47,807 nucleotides of DNA, taken from contig DAOORA010000031.1 in the NCBI GenBank assembly GCA_035389045.1, forward strand, positions 1-47,807, written 5' to 3'. This DNA is from Bacteroidales bacterium (GTDB taxonomy: Bacteria; Bacteroidota; Bacteroidia; Bacteroidales; CAIWKO01). The notes beneath the pieces were generated by a model. It was not told the DNA's origin. It made no database searches and saw nothing but the letters and a program-made list of their open reading frames with translations. The first letter of the stretch is position 1; each line of letters begins with the position of its first letter. The translations under genes were made by a program, and so were the position numbers. Below are positions 8,799 to 18,101 of this stretch, one piece after another.

Positions 8799-10499
8799 AT
8801 GAAAACAAGAACAAAAAAATCAGTTACAATCGTTTTTTTAATCGCGATGTTTTTTTGCACGTCTGTAATGGCGCAACCCTCGCATCCGGACGTATTAAAA
8901 GCCCGGGCTTATACGAACAGCGAACAATTCGACTCTGCCAAAGAAGCTTTCGAAGCCCTGCTGAAAAGTCAGCCCAATAATGGCGATGTGTATTTTTATT
9001 ATGGTGAAAACTACCTGATTGAATATTACAGTGACACCGTATATACTTCCAAGACCGGTGCAATGAATGAAGCCGAAAAATTATTCAAAAAAGCGATTGA
9101 AGTCGATCCGAATAATACAGCCGGATATGTTGGTATGGGTAAGATTTGTCTGATGAAACGTGATGAAACAGGCGCTGAAAAATACTTTGCGGATGCTCAG
9201 GCAAAATTTCCGAGTAAAACCAATAAAACATCAACTATTTTGCCCGACAAACAGGCCAGAACCCTGGCAAAAATTGCTGAATCATACATTATTGTGCAAC
9301 GCAAGAAAAATGTGGCCAAAGCACTCGAATATCTCCAGAAGGCGGTGGAACTCGATGGTAAAAACCCTGAAGTATACCTGCTGCTGGGCGATGCCTACCT
9401 CGAAAACAACGATGGTTCTAACGCTATCTCTCAATACAAAATGGCACAGGAACTGAATCCGAAATCACCCTCAGCCAAATTGCGCCTGGGGAACCTGTGG
9501 ATACGTGCAAGGAACTATACTGAAGCTATTGATTATTACAAAGAAGCCATTGAGATCGATCCCAATTTTGCTCCTGCATACCTGGAACTTGGCGTTTTGT
9601 ATTCCAAAGCAAACCAATTGGAGCTTTCAATGCAGAATTTTAAGAAATACCTGGAGATTTCAACAAATGTTTCCGCAAAAATCAAATATGTCAATGTGCT
9701 TATCGAATCCCAGAAATATACAGAAGCCATCAATCAGCTTAACGAAATCTCAAAAAGTGATACAACCCGCAATGACCTTAACCGCGCCTTCGCATATTGT
9801 TATTTCGAAACAGCCGATTATGCCAATGCCCTGGCATACATTAGTAAATTTTTCAGCAGAGCCGATCCTGAGAAAGTTCTGGTCAGTGATTATACTTATT
9901 ATGGTAAGATTCTTTCCAGAAATAAACAGGATTCCCTTGCTATTGTTAAATTTGAGAACGCATTAAAAATGGACTCCAGCCAGTATGATATTTATTCTGA
10001 AATAGCTAATTCTTATACTAAACTTAAAAAATTTGACAAAGCAGCAGAAAATTATCAGAAAAAAATAGACCGCGGCGCTGCAACACTTGCTGACTATTAT
10101 AAATTAGGATTGGTATATTATAATATGAAAAATTGGCTGAAAGCAGACGAAACTTACAATTATGTTACGGAAAAAAAAGCTGATTTTATGAACGGCAAAG
10201 CCTTTTACTACAGGGGACTTGTGAATGCCAATATCGATTCTGCAGGGCTTACCTGGCAGGCTAAACCCTATTTTGAATCCTATATCGAAATGGTAAAGAA
10301 TGATTCGGTAAAATACACCAACGATCTGATAACCTGTTATGACTACCTTGCTTCATTTTATTTCCTCGGACCCGAAAAGGAAATTTGCAAGGCAAGATAC
10401 TACTGGGAAAAGATACTCATGCTGAAACCCGATAATGAAAAAGCCCTTGATCTGCTTAAAGAAACTAAAAACCATCCCTGTCCTGACAAAAATAAATAG
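8799..10499 (+). CDS. Secreted tetratricopeptide repeat protein
   Basis: Signal peptide ending VMA-Q and many TPR repeats; GGAGGT 7 nt before ATG 8799 (alternative start 8784). Confidence 0.88.
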   Translation: MKTRTKKSVTIVFLIAMFFCTSVMAQPSHPDVLKARAYTNSEQFDSAKEAFEALLKSQPNNGDVYFYYGENYLIEYYSDTVYTSKTGAMNEAEKLFKKAIEVDPNNTAGYVGMGKICLMKRDETGAEKYFADAQAKFPSKTNKTSTILPDKQARTLAKIAESYIIVQRKKNVAKALEYLQKAVELDGKNPEVYLLLGDAYLENNDGSNAISQYKMAQELNPKSPSAKLRLGNLWIRARNYTEAIDYYKEAIEIDPNFAPAYLELGVLYSKANQLELSMQNFKKYLEISTNVSAKIKYVNVLIESQKYTEAINQLNEISKSDTTRNDLNRAFAYCYFETADYANALAYISKFFSRADPEKVLVSDYTYYGKILSRNKQDSLAIVKFENALKMDSSQYDIYSEIANSYTKLKKFDKAAENYQKKIDRGAATLADYYKLGLVYYNMKNWLKADETYNYVTEKKADFMNGKAFYYRGLVNANIDSAGLTWQAKPYFESYIEMVKNDSVKYTNDLITCYDYLASFYFLGPEKEICKARYYWEKILMLKPDNEKALDLLKETKNHPCPDKNK

Positions 10500-10516
10500 C
10501 AGATAGCGCAAAGCAT

Positions 10517-10553
10517 AAAAGGTCTTACAAATTTTTTGTAAGACCTTTTTTTT
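10517..10553 (+). terminator. Intrinsic terminator
   Basis: AAAAGGTCTTACAA / TTGTAAGACCTTTT stem followed by a T run. Confidence 0.85.
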
Positions 10554-10670
10554 ACCGTTTACTTTTTACCTTAAACCGTAAACTGATTATTGAGAAAACC
10601 GATGAAATAAAAAGATAATTTTGTAGTTGAAATAAAAAATAATTTTGAGGATTTTATAAAAAAAAGAAAG

Positions 10671-10678
10671 TATATTTG
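10671..10678 (+). promoter_or_regulatory. -7 promoter element (TATATTTG) for the exbB operon
   Basis: TAnnTTTG about 60 nt upstream of exbB. Confidence 0.6.
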
Positions 10679-10737
10679 TCGGTTAAAAATAAAAAATGGT
10701 TAAATAATTTAATTTATAAACAAAAAATCAAAAAAAA

Positions 10738-11568
10738 ATGAGTAAAAGTAAGAAAAATGTTCAAGGTGGTCAGTCACTGAAAGAAGCCTTACAATCAGCA
10801 TTTGCATCCGGTGCAATACTGATAGCATTAATTGTATCAATTCTTGTTTACAAGTTTGTCATGGGTAATCCTGCAAATTTCGAAGGCGGAAACCCTTCAG
10901 GTCATCCGTTGCCGGGGAACTTTCTGGCTATGATTTACAAAGGAGGGTTTATTGTTCCTATTTTAATGACTACTGTTTTGATGGTATTGATTTTTACCAT
11001 TGAACGATGGGTTATGCTCAGACGTGCCAGAGGGACAGGCCGTATCAACCAGTTTGTGAAAAACATTCAGCAGCATCTGGCCGGAAACAATATCGAAGGC
11101 GCCATTACCGATTGTGACAAACAAAAAGGTTCAGTGGCCAATGTTATGAGAGCCGGCCTGAAGAAATACAAAGAGCTTAAAGAAGAAACCGTTCTTGAAA
11201 AAGATCAGAAGGTGCTGGCCCTTCAGAAAGAAATGGAAGAATCAACAGCCCTCGAATTACCTATGTTGAACAAAAATCTGGTCATTTTATCAACGCTGGC
11301 TTCTATTTGCGTACTTGTTGGTCTTATTGGTACGGTACTCGGTATGATCCGTGCTTTTGCGGCTCTCGCGTCTGCCGGTTCACCCGACGCATTGGCTCTG
11401 GCTACCGGTATTTCTGAAGCTCTTATTAATACAGCTTTTGGTATTACGGGGTCTTGTCTTGCCATTGTTTTCTATAACTATTTTTCAAGTAAAATTGATA
11501 ACCTTACCTTTAAAATTGATGAAGCAGGTTTCAGCCTGATTCAGACATTTGCCTCAACAACCAAATAA
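10738..11568 (+). CDS. exbB: MotA/TolQ/ExbB proton channel protein
   Basis: GLIGTVLGMIRAF...LATGISEALINTAFG signature. Confidence 0.93.
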   Translation: MSKSKKNVQGGQSLKEALQSAFASGAILIALIVSILVYKFVMGNPANFEGGNPSGHPLPGNFLAMIYKGGFIVPILMTTVLMVLIFTIERWVMLRRARGTGRINQFVKNIQQHLAGNNIEGAITDCDKQKGSVANVMRAGLKKYKELKEETVLEKDQKVLALQKEMEESTALELPMLNKNLVILSTLASICVLVGLIGTVLGMIRAFAALASAGSPDALALATGISEALINTAFGITGSCLAIVFYNYFSSKIDNLTFKIDEAGFSLIQTFASTTK

Positions 11569-11606
11569 ATAAGTAAGTAAGAATTTAAAAGCAAATTTTT
11601 TGTATT

Positions 11607-12248
11607 ATGGCAAAAATTAAACTAAAGAGAGCCCAGCCACATGTGGATATGACTCCCATGGTGGACCTATTCTCATTGCTTTTGACATTCTTCATGCTTA
11701 CTGCATCATTTAAGCCACAGGAGGCCAAAGTTATTGATTCACCCATGTCGGTTTCAGAGAAAGCAACGCCTGATAAGGATGTTATTTCGGTGCTGGTTTC
11801 TAATGACGACAAAGTTTTTTTCAGTATGGACAATGGAAAGGACACATCCGCCCATTACCGGAATCAACTGATTACCAAAATCAATGACTTGTACCGCCTG
11901 TCACTGACAGAAAAAGAAATAACGAAATTCGGTCAGGGGTCTTCATTTGGTATGCCGATGAAAAAGCTCAAGGCCTTTCTGAATGAAGAAAATGCAGATA
12001 CGAAAGAAGCAATGCAAACCGGTATTCCTATGGACACGGTTGGCGATCAGTATCCCGAACTCGCGATATGGGTTGCTTATGCCCGTGAACTAAATCCATT
12101 GGCTGAAGTTGCTATTAACGGCGATGCGGAAGCAAACTACAAAACCGTGAAAAAAGTAATGGATGTCATGCAAAATGCCGGAGTGAACAGATTCAACCTT
12201 GTGACTAATTTGCAGAAGGAAGAAGCTACACTCGAGGATATTAAGTAA
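11607..12248 (+). CDS. exbD: ExbD/TolR biopolymer transporter
   Basis: VDMTPMVDLFSLLLTFFML TM motif; C-terminal INGDAEANY...VMD. Confidence 0.9.
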   Translation: MAKIKLKRAQPHVDMTPMVDLFSLLLTFFMLTASFKPQEAKVIDSPMSVSEKATPDKDVISVLVSNDDKVFFSMDNGKDTSAHYRNQLITKINDLYRLSLTEKEITKFGQGSSFGMPMKKLKAFLNEENADTKEAMQTGIPMDTVGDQYPELAIWVAYARELNPLAEVAINGDAEANYKTVKKVMDVMQNAGVNRFNLVTNLQKEEATLEDIK

Positions 12249-12282
12249 GTGATAATATATAACTATTGAAATATAAAATACC

Positions 12283-12930
12283 ATGGCTGAAATAATAGAA
12301 AATACCGGCTCAGGTAAAAAAGAGGGCGGAAGGCGTGCACCGAAAAGAATGGGGGCTCATATTGACATGACCCCGATGGTAGACCTTATGTGTCTGCTCA
12401 TTACTTTCTTCATGTTAACCACTGCCTTCAGCAAACCCAAGGTAATGGAAATCACCATGCCTGAGAAAGATAAGCCCGAAGATGTAAAAGATGCACCCAA
12501 AGTGGATGCTCACAGAACCTACTCAATTTTATTAACCGGCGACGATAAGGTTTTTTGGTATCATCATGGCGAAGTTCCTGAAGGGCAAACATTCCCGACA
12601 ACTATCAGAAAAACAGATTTTAGTAAAGACGGACTGCGGAAAATATTATTGAATAAGAACGAAAAAGTTTTTTCTGAAATTTTTGAGCTGAAAGATAAAG
12701 TTAAAAAAGGCGAACTGGTGCTTGTGGAAGATTCATTAAATGCCCAGATCAAGCGAATAAAAAAATCAGATAAAAAAGCGCCTATCATATTGATAAAAGC
12801 TGATGAAAAGACTAAATACAAGAGCATTGTGAATGTGGTTGATGAAATGGCCATCTGCAATATTGCCAACTATGCTATTGTCGATATCGCCCCTGAAGAA
12901 ATTGCATTGATCGAACAAGCTCCTAAATAA
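12283..12930 (+). CDS. exbD: ExbD/TolR biopolymer transporter (second paralogue)
   Basis: IDMTPMVDLMCLLITFFML; IKADEKTKYKSIVNVVDEM. Confidence 0.9.
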   Translation: MAEIIENTGSGKKEGGRRAPKRMGAHIDMTPMVDLMCLLITFFMLTTAFSKPKVMEITMPEKDKPEDVKDAPKVDAHRTYSILLTGDDKVFWYHHGEVPEGQTFPTTIRKTDFSKDGLRKILLNKNEKVFSEIFELKDKVKKGELVLVEDSLNAQIKRIKKSDKKAPIILIKADEKTKYKSIVNVVDEMAICNIANYAIVDIAPEEIALIEQAPK

Positions 12931-12952
12931 TTAATCTAAAAACATTAATATT

Positions 12953-13732
12953 ATGGCAGAAAGTTTAAATATCAATACTGCTCAAAACCTTGATGAAATA
13001 GTATTTCAGAACAGAAATAAAGAGTATGGCGCTTATTTTCTCAGAAAAGCGTACAAGAAATTTATGACCCGTTCTGTATTGGTTTCGATAGCAGTTTTGC
13101 TTGCGGCTGTGCTTATTCCCTTCTTTATTTTTAAACAAACCTATTCAGCCAATCAGGAGCAGGAAGTTACGGTTGACATGATGGCAATGAATACGCCTAA
13201 AGATGAAAATGCACCGCCGCCACCGCCGCCTCCCCCTGAAGCTACCGTTGAACAGAAGGCAAAATTTACAGCACCTATTGTTGTTACCGATACTACTGAA
13301 ACTACTGAAATCAACCAGGATGACCTTAACAAAACCACTACCAATGTGGTTGTGGAAGAAGAAGTGGTCGTCGAAGATGATAATGCAGATAAGGTCATAG
13401 AAGAAGTTATCGAGACACCGATTTTTACTGTTGTTGAGGAAATGCCATCATTTCCCGGCGGCGATGAAGCCCGTATCAAGTTTCTTACCGAGAATATCAA
13501 ATATCCCCAGATGGCAAAAGAAAGCGGGATACAGGGAACGGTATACGTTACCTTCGTTGTCGACGAAAAAGGAAAAGTTGCCGATGTCAGGGTATTACGT
13601 GGTATCGGCGGCGGATGTGATGAAGAAGCCGTTCGTGTTGTAAAACTCATGCCCGCATGGAATGCCGGTAAACAGTCCGGTAAACCTGTGAGGGTGCAAT
13701 TCAACATGCCGATACGATTCACATTAAGTTAA
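12953..13732 (+). CDS. tonB: Energy transducer TonB
   Basis: Bacteroidota N-terminus LDEIVFQNRNKEYGAY, TM helix, poly-Pro tract, TonB_C (MPSFPGG...YPQMAKESGIQGTVYVTFVV). Confidence 0.93.
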   Translation: MAESLNINTAQNLDEIVFQNRNKEYGAYFLRKAYKKFMTRSVLVSIAVLLAAVLIPFFIFKQTYSANQEQEVTVDMMAMNTPKDENAPPPPPPPPEATVEQKAKFTAPIVVTDTTETTEINQDDLNKTTTNVVVEEEVVVEDDNADKVIEEVIETPIFTVVEEMPSFPGGDEARIKFLTENIKYPQMAKESGIQGTVYVTFVVDEKGKVADVRVLRGIGGGCDEEAVRVVKLMPAWNAGKQSGKPVRVQFNMPIRFTLS

Positions 13733-13749
13733 TTGCTTTAATCTTCAAG

Positions 13750-13781
13750 AAAAGCCGCTTTGTTTTAAAGCGGCTTTTTTT
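13750..13781 (+). terminator. Intrinsic terminator after tonB
   Basis: AAAAGCCGCTTT / AAAGCGGCTTTT stem plus T run. Confidence 0.88.
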
Positions 13782-13963
13782 GTTTCTTACATTATAGTTT
13801 TGTAACTTTGATAAAAAATTCATGATGATGTCTTTTCCTTTGAATACTGATTGAAAATGCCTTACTGACAAAACCGGATTATGGCCATCACCCGGTTTTT
13901 CGTAAACTAAACCAATGTCTTTCAGCCAAATATTATTAAATTTACAACCAAAAACCCGAAAAA

Positions 13964-14809
13964 ATGAAAAAGTATTTAATGATAGCCGCTTGTTTGCTGC
14001 CTTTGTGCTGGAGTTGCAACAGCGGCAATGAACAAACAGCAGACGAACTTGATCCGAAGGATCAGCAGATAAAAGAACTTCAGGCACAACTCGCGGAAAA
14101 AGATGCCAATGTCAATGAGATGTTCAGTTTTATTAATGATGTGGAGGATAATCTGAACACCATTGAAGCCAGCCAGATGAAAATTTCAGAATCGAAAAAA
14201 GGAAATAATGAGGTGGAGCAGGATGTAAAGGAGAGCATCATGGAGCATATCACCAATATCAATACCCTTCTTGAGAAAAACAAGGAGCTGATCAAAAAGC
14301 TGGAAGGTGCGCTTCGGAATTCGAATATGAAGGTGGATGCCCTGAACAAAACCATTGAACTGCTCAACCAGCAGATGACTCAGAAAGATGCTGAGATTGC
14401 CGATCTGAAAGTACAGTTGGAAAAACTTAATTTTACCGTGGCCGAACTGAATATAAAAATTGACGATCTGACAGGGCAGAATGAAGAAAAAGCACAGCTT
14501 ATCGATCAGCAGACGGTGGAACTGAACACGGCTTATTATGTAGTTGGCGTGAGAAAAGATCTGAAAAACAAAGGCGTCATAACCGGTGATAAAATCTCTC
14601 AGAAGATCAACCCTGAAAATTTTGTAAAAATCGATATCCGTAAAACTACGGAGATTCCCATGAATGTTAAAAAAGCAAAGTTATTGTCCACCCATCCCGA
14701 AGGCAGCTATACTATGCTGATGAACGGAAAGATCATTGACAAACTGGTGATCAACAACCCAAAAACGTTCTGGAGCATTTCTAAATTTCTGGTGATACAA
14801 TTAGACTAG
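13964..14809 (+). CDS. Coiled-coil lipoprotein (resembles the Bacteroidota Cbp1-like family)
   Basis: Lipobox CWSC, long heptad coiled coil, C-terminal domain LNTAYYVVG...KIDIR...LLSTHPEGSY...FWSISKFLVI. Confidence 0.75.
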   Translation: MKKYLMIAACLLPLCWSCNSGNEQTADELDPKDQQIKELQAQLAEKDANVNEMFSFINDVEDNLNTIEASQMKISESKKGNNEVEQDVKESIMEHITNINTLLEKNKELIKKLEGALRNSNMKVDALNKTIELLNQQMTQKDAEIADLKVQLEKLNFTVAELNIKIDDLTGQNEEKAQLIDQQTVELNTAYYVVGVRKDLKNKGVITGDKISQKINPENFVKIDIRKTTEIPMNVKKAKLLSTHPEGSYTMLMNGKIIDKLVINNPKTFWSISKFLVIQLD

Positions 14810-14865
14810 TTTAGGGCAGTAAAAGAACTGATTATATTATTGATAAAATGTAGAAAAAATGCATT

Positions 14866-15786
14866 ATGAAAAAATTCATTTTTTATTCAGTTCTTATGCT
14901 TCCTTCCATACTCTGGGGACAGACCGTCAATCATTTTGATCATGCTGATTCAAAATGGTATGTGGCAAAAACCTTTCCGGCTCCCGACCAGCAAAACCCT
15001 GATTTTGTTGCGACCACCACTGCTGTTTATGGCTTTCAGGGGGACACTATGATAAATGGCAAATTATGGAATAAGTTGTATTCAACCACTGACTCATTAT
15101 TTCTGAATGATCTTGTATTCCGTGGGTGTGTGCGGACTGAGAACAACAAAGTGGTTTATCTGGACACATTATTCCAGACCGATACCTTGTATGATTTTGG
15201 TCTGAATACAGGAGACAGTGTATTATTTAACATTAATGGTGTGAATCCTGAGTGGTTAAAGGTAATTGACATCGACAGCATACTATTACATGGTGTGAAA
15301 TACAGAAGGTTAACATTTAATGAGCCGGGCATAAGTGCTTTTGATGAACTCAACGAAATCTGGATTGAAGGGATCGGAAGCATTCATGGACCCTTGTTTC
15401 CCTATTTTCCTGTAAAGTTCAGCCAGGAAATGCCAGACTCAATGTTGTTGACCTGTACTTTTTCAAATAATGAATATATTTTGCATAATACATCCTATAC
15501 GCAATGTTATGCGAATATCACTTTGGGGATTGTGCCAAAAGCATCAGAGGGCATGAAAATATACCCCAATCCTTTTTCAGAACATCTCATTCTGGAAAAC
15601 ACAAATCGCAACAATTTTAATTTAAAAATTTACGATTACCTCGGCCGGGTCGTCCGGGAAGGAAGAGTGAAATCTGACATTACTGTTCTTGATCTGGCCG
15701 GACTGGATAACGGCATTTATTTGCTGGTGATCTGTGACGCCAAAAACACTATGATATATAAAACAATAAAAATGGAACAGCGCTGA
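14866..15786 (+). CDS. T9SS type A sorting-domain protein
   Basis: Signal peptide; LYDF and WIEGIGS motifs; C-terminal IYPNP...IYDYLGR...LDNGIYLL CTD. Confidence 0.88.
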   Translation: MKKFIFYSVLMLPSILWGQTVNHFDHADSKWYVAKTFPAPDQQNPDFVATTTAVYGFQGDTMINGKLWNKLYSTTDSLFLNDLVFRGCVRTENNKVVYLDTLFQTDTLYDFGLNTGDSVLFNINGVNPEWLKVIDIDSILLHGVKYRRLTFNEPGISAFDELNEIWIEGIGSIHGPLFPYFPVKFSQEMPDSMLLTCTFSNNEYILHNTSYTQCYANITLGIVPKASEGMKIYPNPFSEHLILENTNRNNFNLKIYDYLGRVVREGRVKSDITVLDLAGLDNGIYLLVICDAKNTMIYKTIKMEQR

Positions 15787-15900
15787 GGAGATTTGTAAAA
15801 ACGGCAGATGAGAATCAAATAGCTGCTTTTTTAAGTTGTTAAGCGAGACAACCTTCACAAAAAATGGTACTTCGTCCTCAAAATTTTATGCTATCAAATC

Positions 15901-16212
15901 CTATAACAGCCCCAGTTCCAGCTTGGCAGCATCCGACATCATGTCCTGGTTCCATTCCGGTTCAAAGACCACATCCACGTATACACCTTTTATTCCGGGG
16001 ACGGCCTGAATGCCATTACGGACCTCAACGGGCAATGTTTCGGCTACAGGGCAGTTGGGCGATGTAAGCGTCATTCTGATATTCACAAAAAAATCATCGC
16101 TGATATTTATTTCATATATGAATCCGAGGTCATACACATTCACGGGAATTTCGGGGTCGTAAATGTTTTTGAGTTTTTCGATAATGGTTTTTTCAAGTTC
16201 AGCTTTATCCAT
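15901..16212 (-). CDS. sufT: SufT / DUF59 Fe-S assembly protein
   Basis: IYDPEIPVNVYDLG...MTLTSPNCPVA...MMSDAAKLELGL; start at MDKAELE just after the sufE stop. Confidence 0.9.
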   Translation of the reverse strand: MDKAELEKTIIEKLKNIYDPEIPVNVYDLGFIYEINISDDFFVNIRMTLTSPNCPVAETLPVEVRNGIQAVPGIKGVYVDVVFEPEWNQDMMSDAAKLELGLL

Positions 16213-16216
16213 GGTA

Positions 16217-16651
16217 TTATTTGTTTGATTCATATTTTGTCTTATAGACCAGAGCATACATTTTCATTTGTTTGATCATAGCATTCAGCCCGTTGGACCG
16301 GGTAGGCGAGAGGTGTTCGCGCAGTCCGATCCTGTTGATGAATTCCATATCGGCATGGATGATCTCGTCACAGGTTCTTCCGGATAAAACACGTATCAGG
16401 ATACTTACAATCCCCTTGGTGATGATGGCGTCGCTGTCTGCAGTGAAGTATACTCTATTATCCTTATATTCGGCATAAACCCATACCTGTGACTGACAGC
16501 CGGCGATCAGGTAATTATCTGTTTTATATTTTTCTTCAATAAGCGGCAAAGACTTTCCCAATTCGATGAGGTAATTGTATTTGTCCATCCAGTCGGTAAA
16601 AAGTTCAAATGCACCTGTTATTTCGGATACTATTTCATTATAAGATTTCAT
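16217..16651 (-). CDS. sufE: SufE sulfur acceptor
   Basis: IAGCQSQVW, ADSDAIITKG and LSPTRSNGL motifs. Confidence 0.95.
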   Translation of the reverse strand: MKSYNEIVSEITGAFELFTDWMDKYNYLIELGKSLPLIEEKYKTDNYLIAGCQSQVWVYAEYKDNRVYFTADSDAIITKGIVSILIRVLSGRTCDEIIHADMEFINRIGLREHLSPTRSNGLNAMIKQMKMYALVYKTKYESNK

Positions 16652-16874
16652 TGTACTTAGGTTTACGGTGCTAATTTTAACGAAAAACTTTCGATGTCCG
16701 GTAATTGTTATGTAAACAACAACTCAACTGATTCAGTCATAGTGCAGTAAATAACGGCCAGCAGCTTATCAGCAACTTTTTTGTTCATAATGATAAGTCA
16801 TATTCGTTCAGTGCTGAATATTAACTATTTAACATTATAATTAAGGTAAAGCATCATATTATATACAAAACATT

Positions 16875-18098
16875 TTATGCGAACATTATTTTTATTTTTT
16901 TCAGGGCAGCTGTCATCACATCAATTTCTTCTTTTGTATTATATATGGCAAACGAAGCCCGTATGGTGCCGGGTATTTTATAAAAATCCATCAGCGGCTG
17001 CGTGCAATGATGTCCTGTACGGACAGCGATGCCAAACTTATCGAGGATAATTCCCGCATCGTATGGATGAATGGTTCCGGGGAGAAATGAAATTACCGAA
17101 GTTTTCTCTGCCGCCGTACCGATGATCCTGATTTCCCCGATCTGATTCAATTGGTCTGTGGCATAGTCAAGCAGTTCGTGTTCAGAATTTCTAATGGCAT
17201 CGTACCCGATATCTTCCATGAACCTGATGGCTTCCATCAGCCCGATTACATCACCGACATTGGGTGTTCCTGCTTCAAATTTAAATGGTAGTTCGTTATA
17301 GGTGGTTTTTTCAAACGTAACGTTCTTTATCATTTCGCCCCCGCCCTGGTAGGGAGGAAGTTCATTCAGCATATTTTCTTTTCCATAAAGCACTCCAACA
17401 CCCATTGGAGCATACATCTTGTGTCCCGAAAAACAATAAAAATCACAGTCCAGTTCACCGACATCAACTTTGATGTGCGAGATGGCCTGTGCCCCGTCGA
17501 TCAGAACCGGGATATTATGTGCATGAGCAATATCAATCAGCAGTTTTATGTCATTAATGGTACCCAGGGTATTCGAAACATGCGTTACTGCCAGCAGTTT
17601 GCAATTGTTGTCAAGGAGCTTTTCAAGTTCAGAGTAAATGATTTCACCTCTTTCATTAATCGGGATCACGTTCAGCACGGCTTGTTTTTCATTGCAGGCC
17701 ATTTGCCAGGGAACAATGTTGGAATGGTGTTCCATCATACTGATCAGTACCGAATCTCCGGGTTGCAGAAACCGCTTTGAGAAGGAAGAAGCTACAAGGT
17801 TGATGGATTCTGTTGTGCCCCGTGTAAAAATTATTTCGTAAGCATTTTTAGCGTTGATAAAACGCCTGACTGCTTCCCGGCTTTCCTCGAAGGCCGTCGT
17901 TGCCTGCTGGCTCAAAAAATGCACGCCGCGGTGGATGTTGCTGTTCAGTGTTGTATAATAGTTATTCAGCGAATCGAGGACACGCTGGGGTTTTTGTGTG
18001 GTAGCAGCATTATCGAAATATATCAGGGGTTTGCCGGATACCTCCAGATTCAATATCGGAAATTGTTGCCTGACTTGTTTGTTAGCCATTGTAATCAT
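16875..18098 (-). CDS. sufS: Cysteine desulfurase SufS
   Basis: YFDNAATTQKP, EHHSNIVPW, FSGHK (PLP lysine), FEAGTP and VRTGHHCTQP motifs. Confidence 0.96.
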   Translation of the reverse strand: MITMANKQVRQQFPILNLEVSGKPLIYFDNAATTQKPQRVLDSLNNYYTTLNSNIHRGVHFLSQQATTAFEESREAVRRFINAKNAYEIIFTRGTTESINLVASSFSKRFLQPGDSVLISMMEHHSNIVPWQMACNEKQAVLNVIPINERGEIIYSELEKLLDNNCKLLAVTHVSNTLGTINDIKLLIDIAHAHNIPVLIDGAQAISHIKVDVGELDCDFYCFSGHKMYAPMGVGVLYGKENMLNELPPYQGGGEMIKNVTFEKTTYNELPFKFEAGTPNVGDVIGLMEAIRFMEDIGYDAIRNSEHELLDYATDQLNQIGEIRIIGTAAEKTSVISFLPGTIHPYDAGIILDKFGIAVRTGHHCTQPLMDFYKIPGTIRASFAIYNTKEEIDVMTAALKKIKIMFA

Positions 18099-18101
18099 AA
18101 C

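Noticed and set aside
13153..13722. 189-aa antisense ORF with poly-Gly
   Set aside because: Shadow of tonB; the poly-Gly mirrors its poly-Pro codons.
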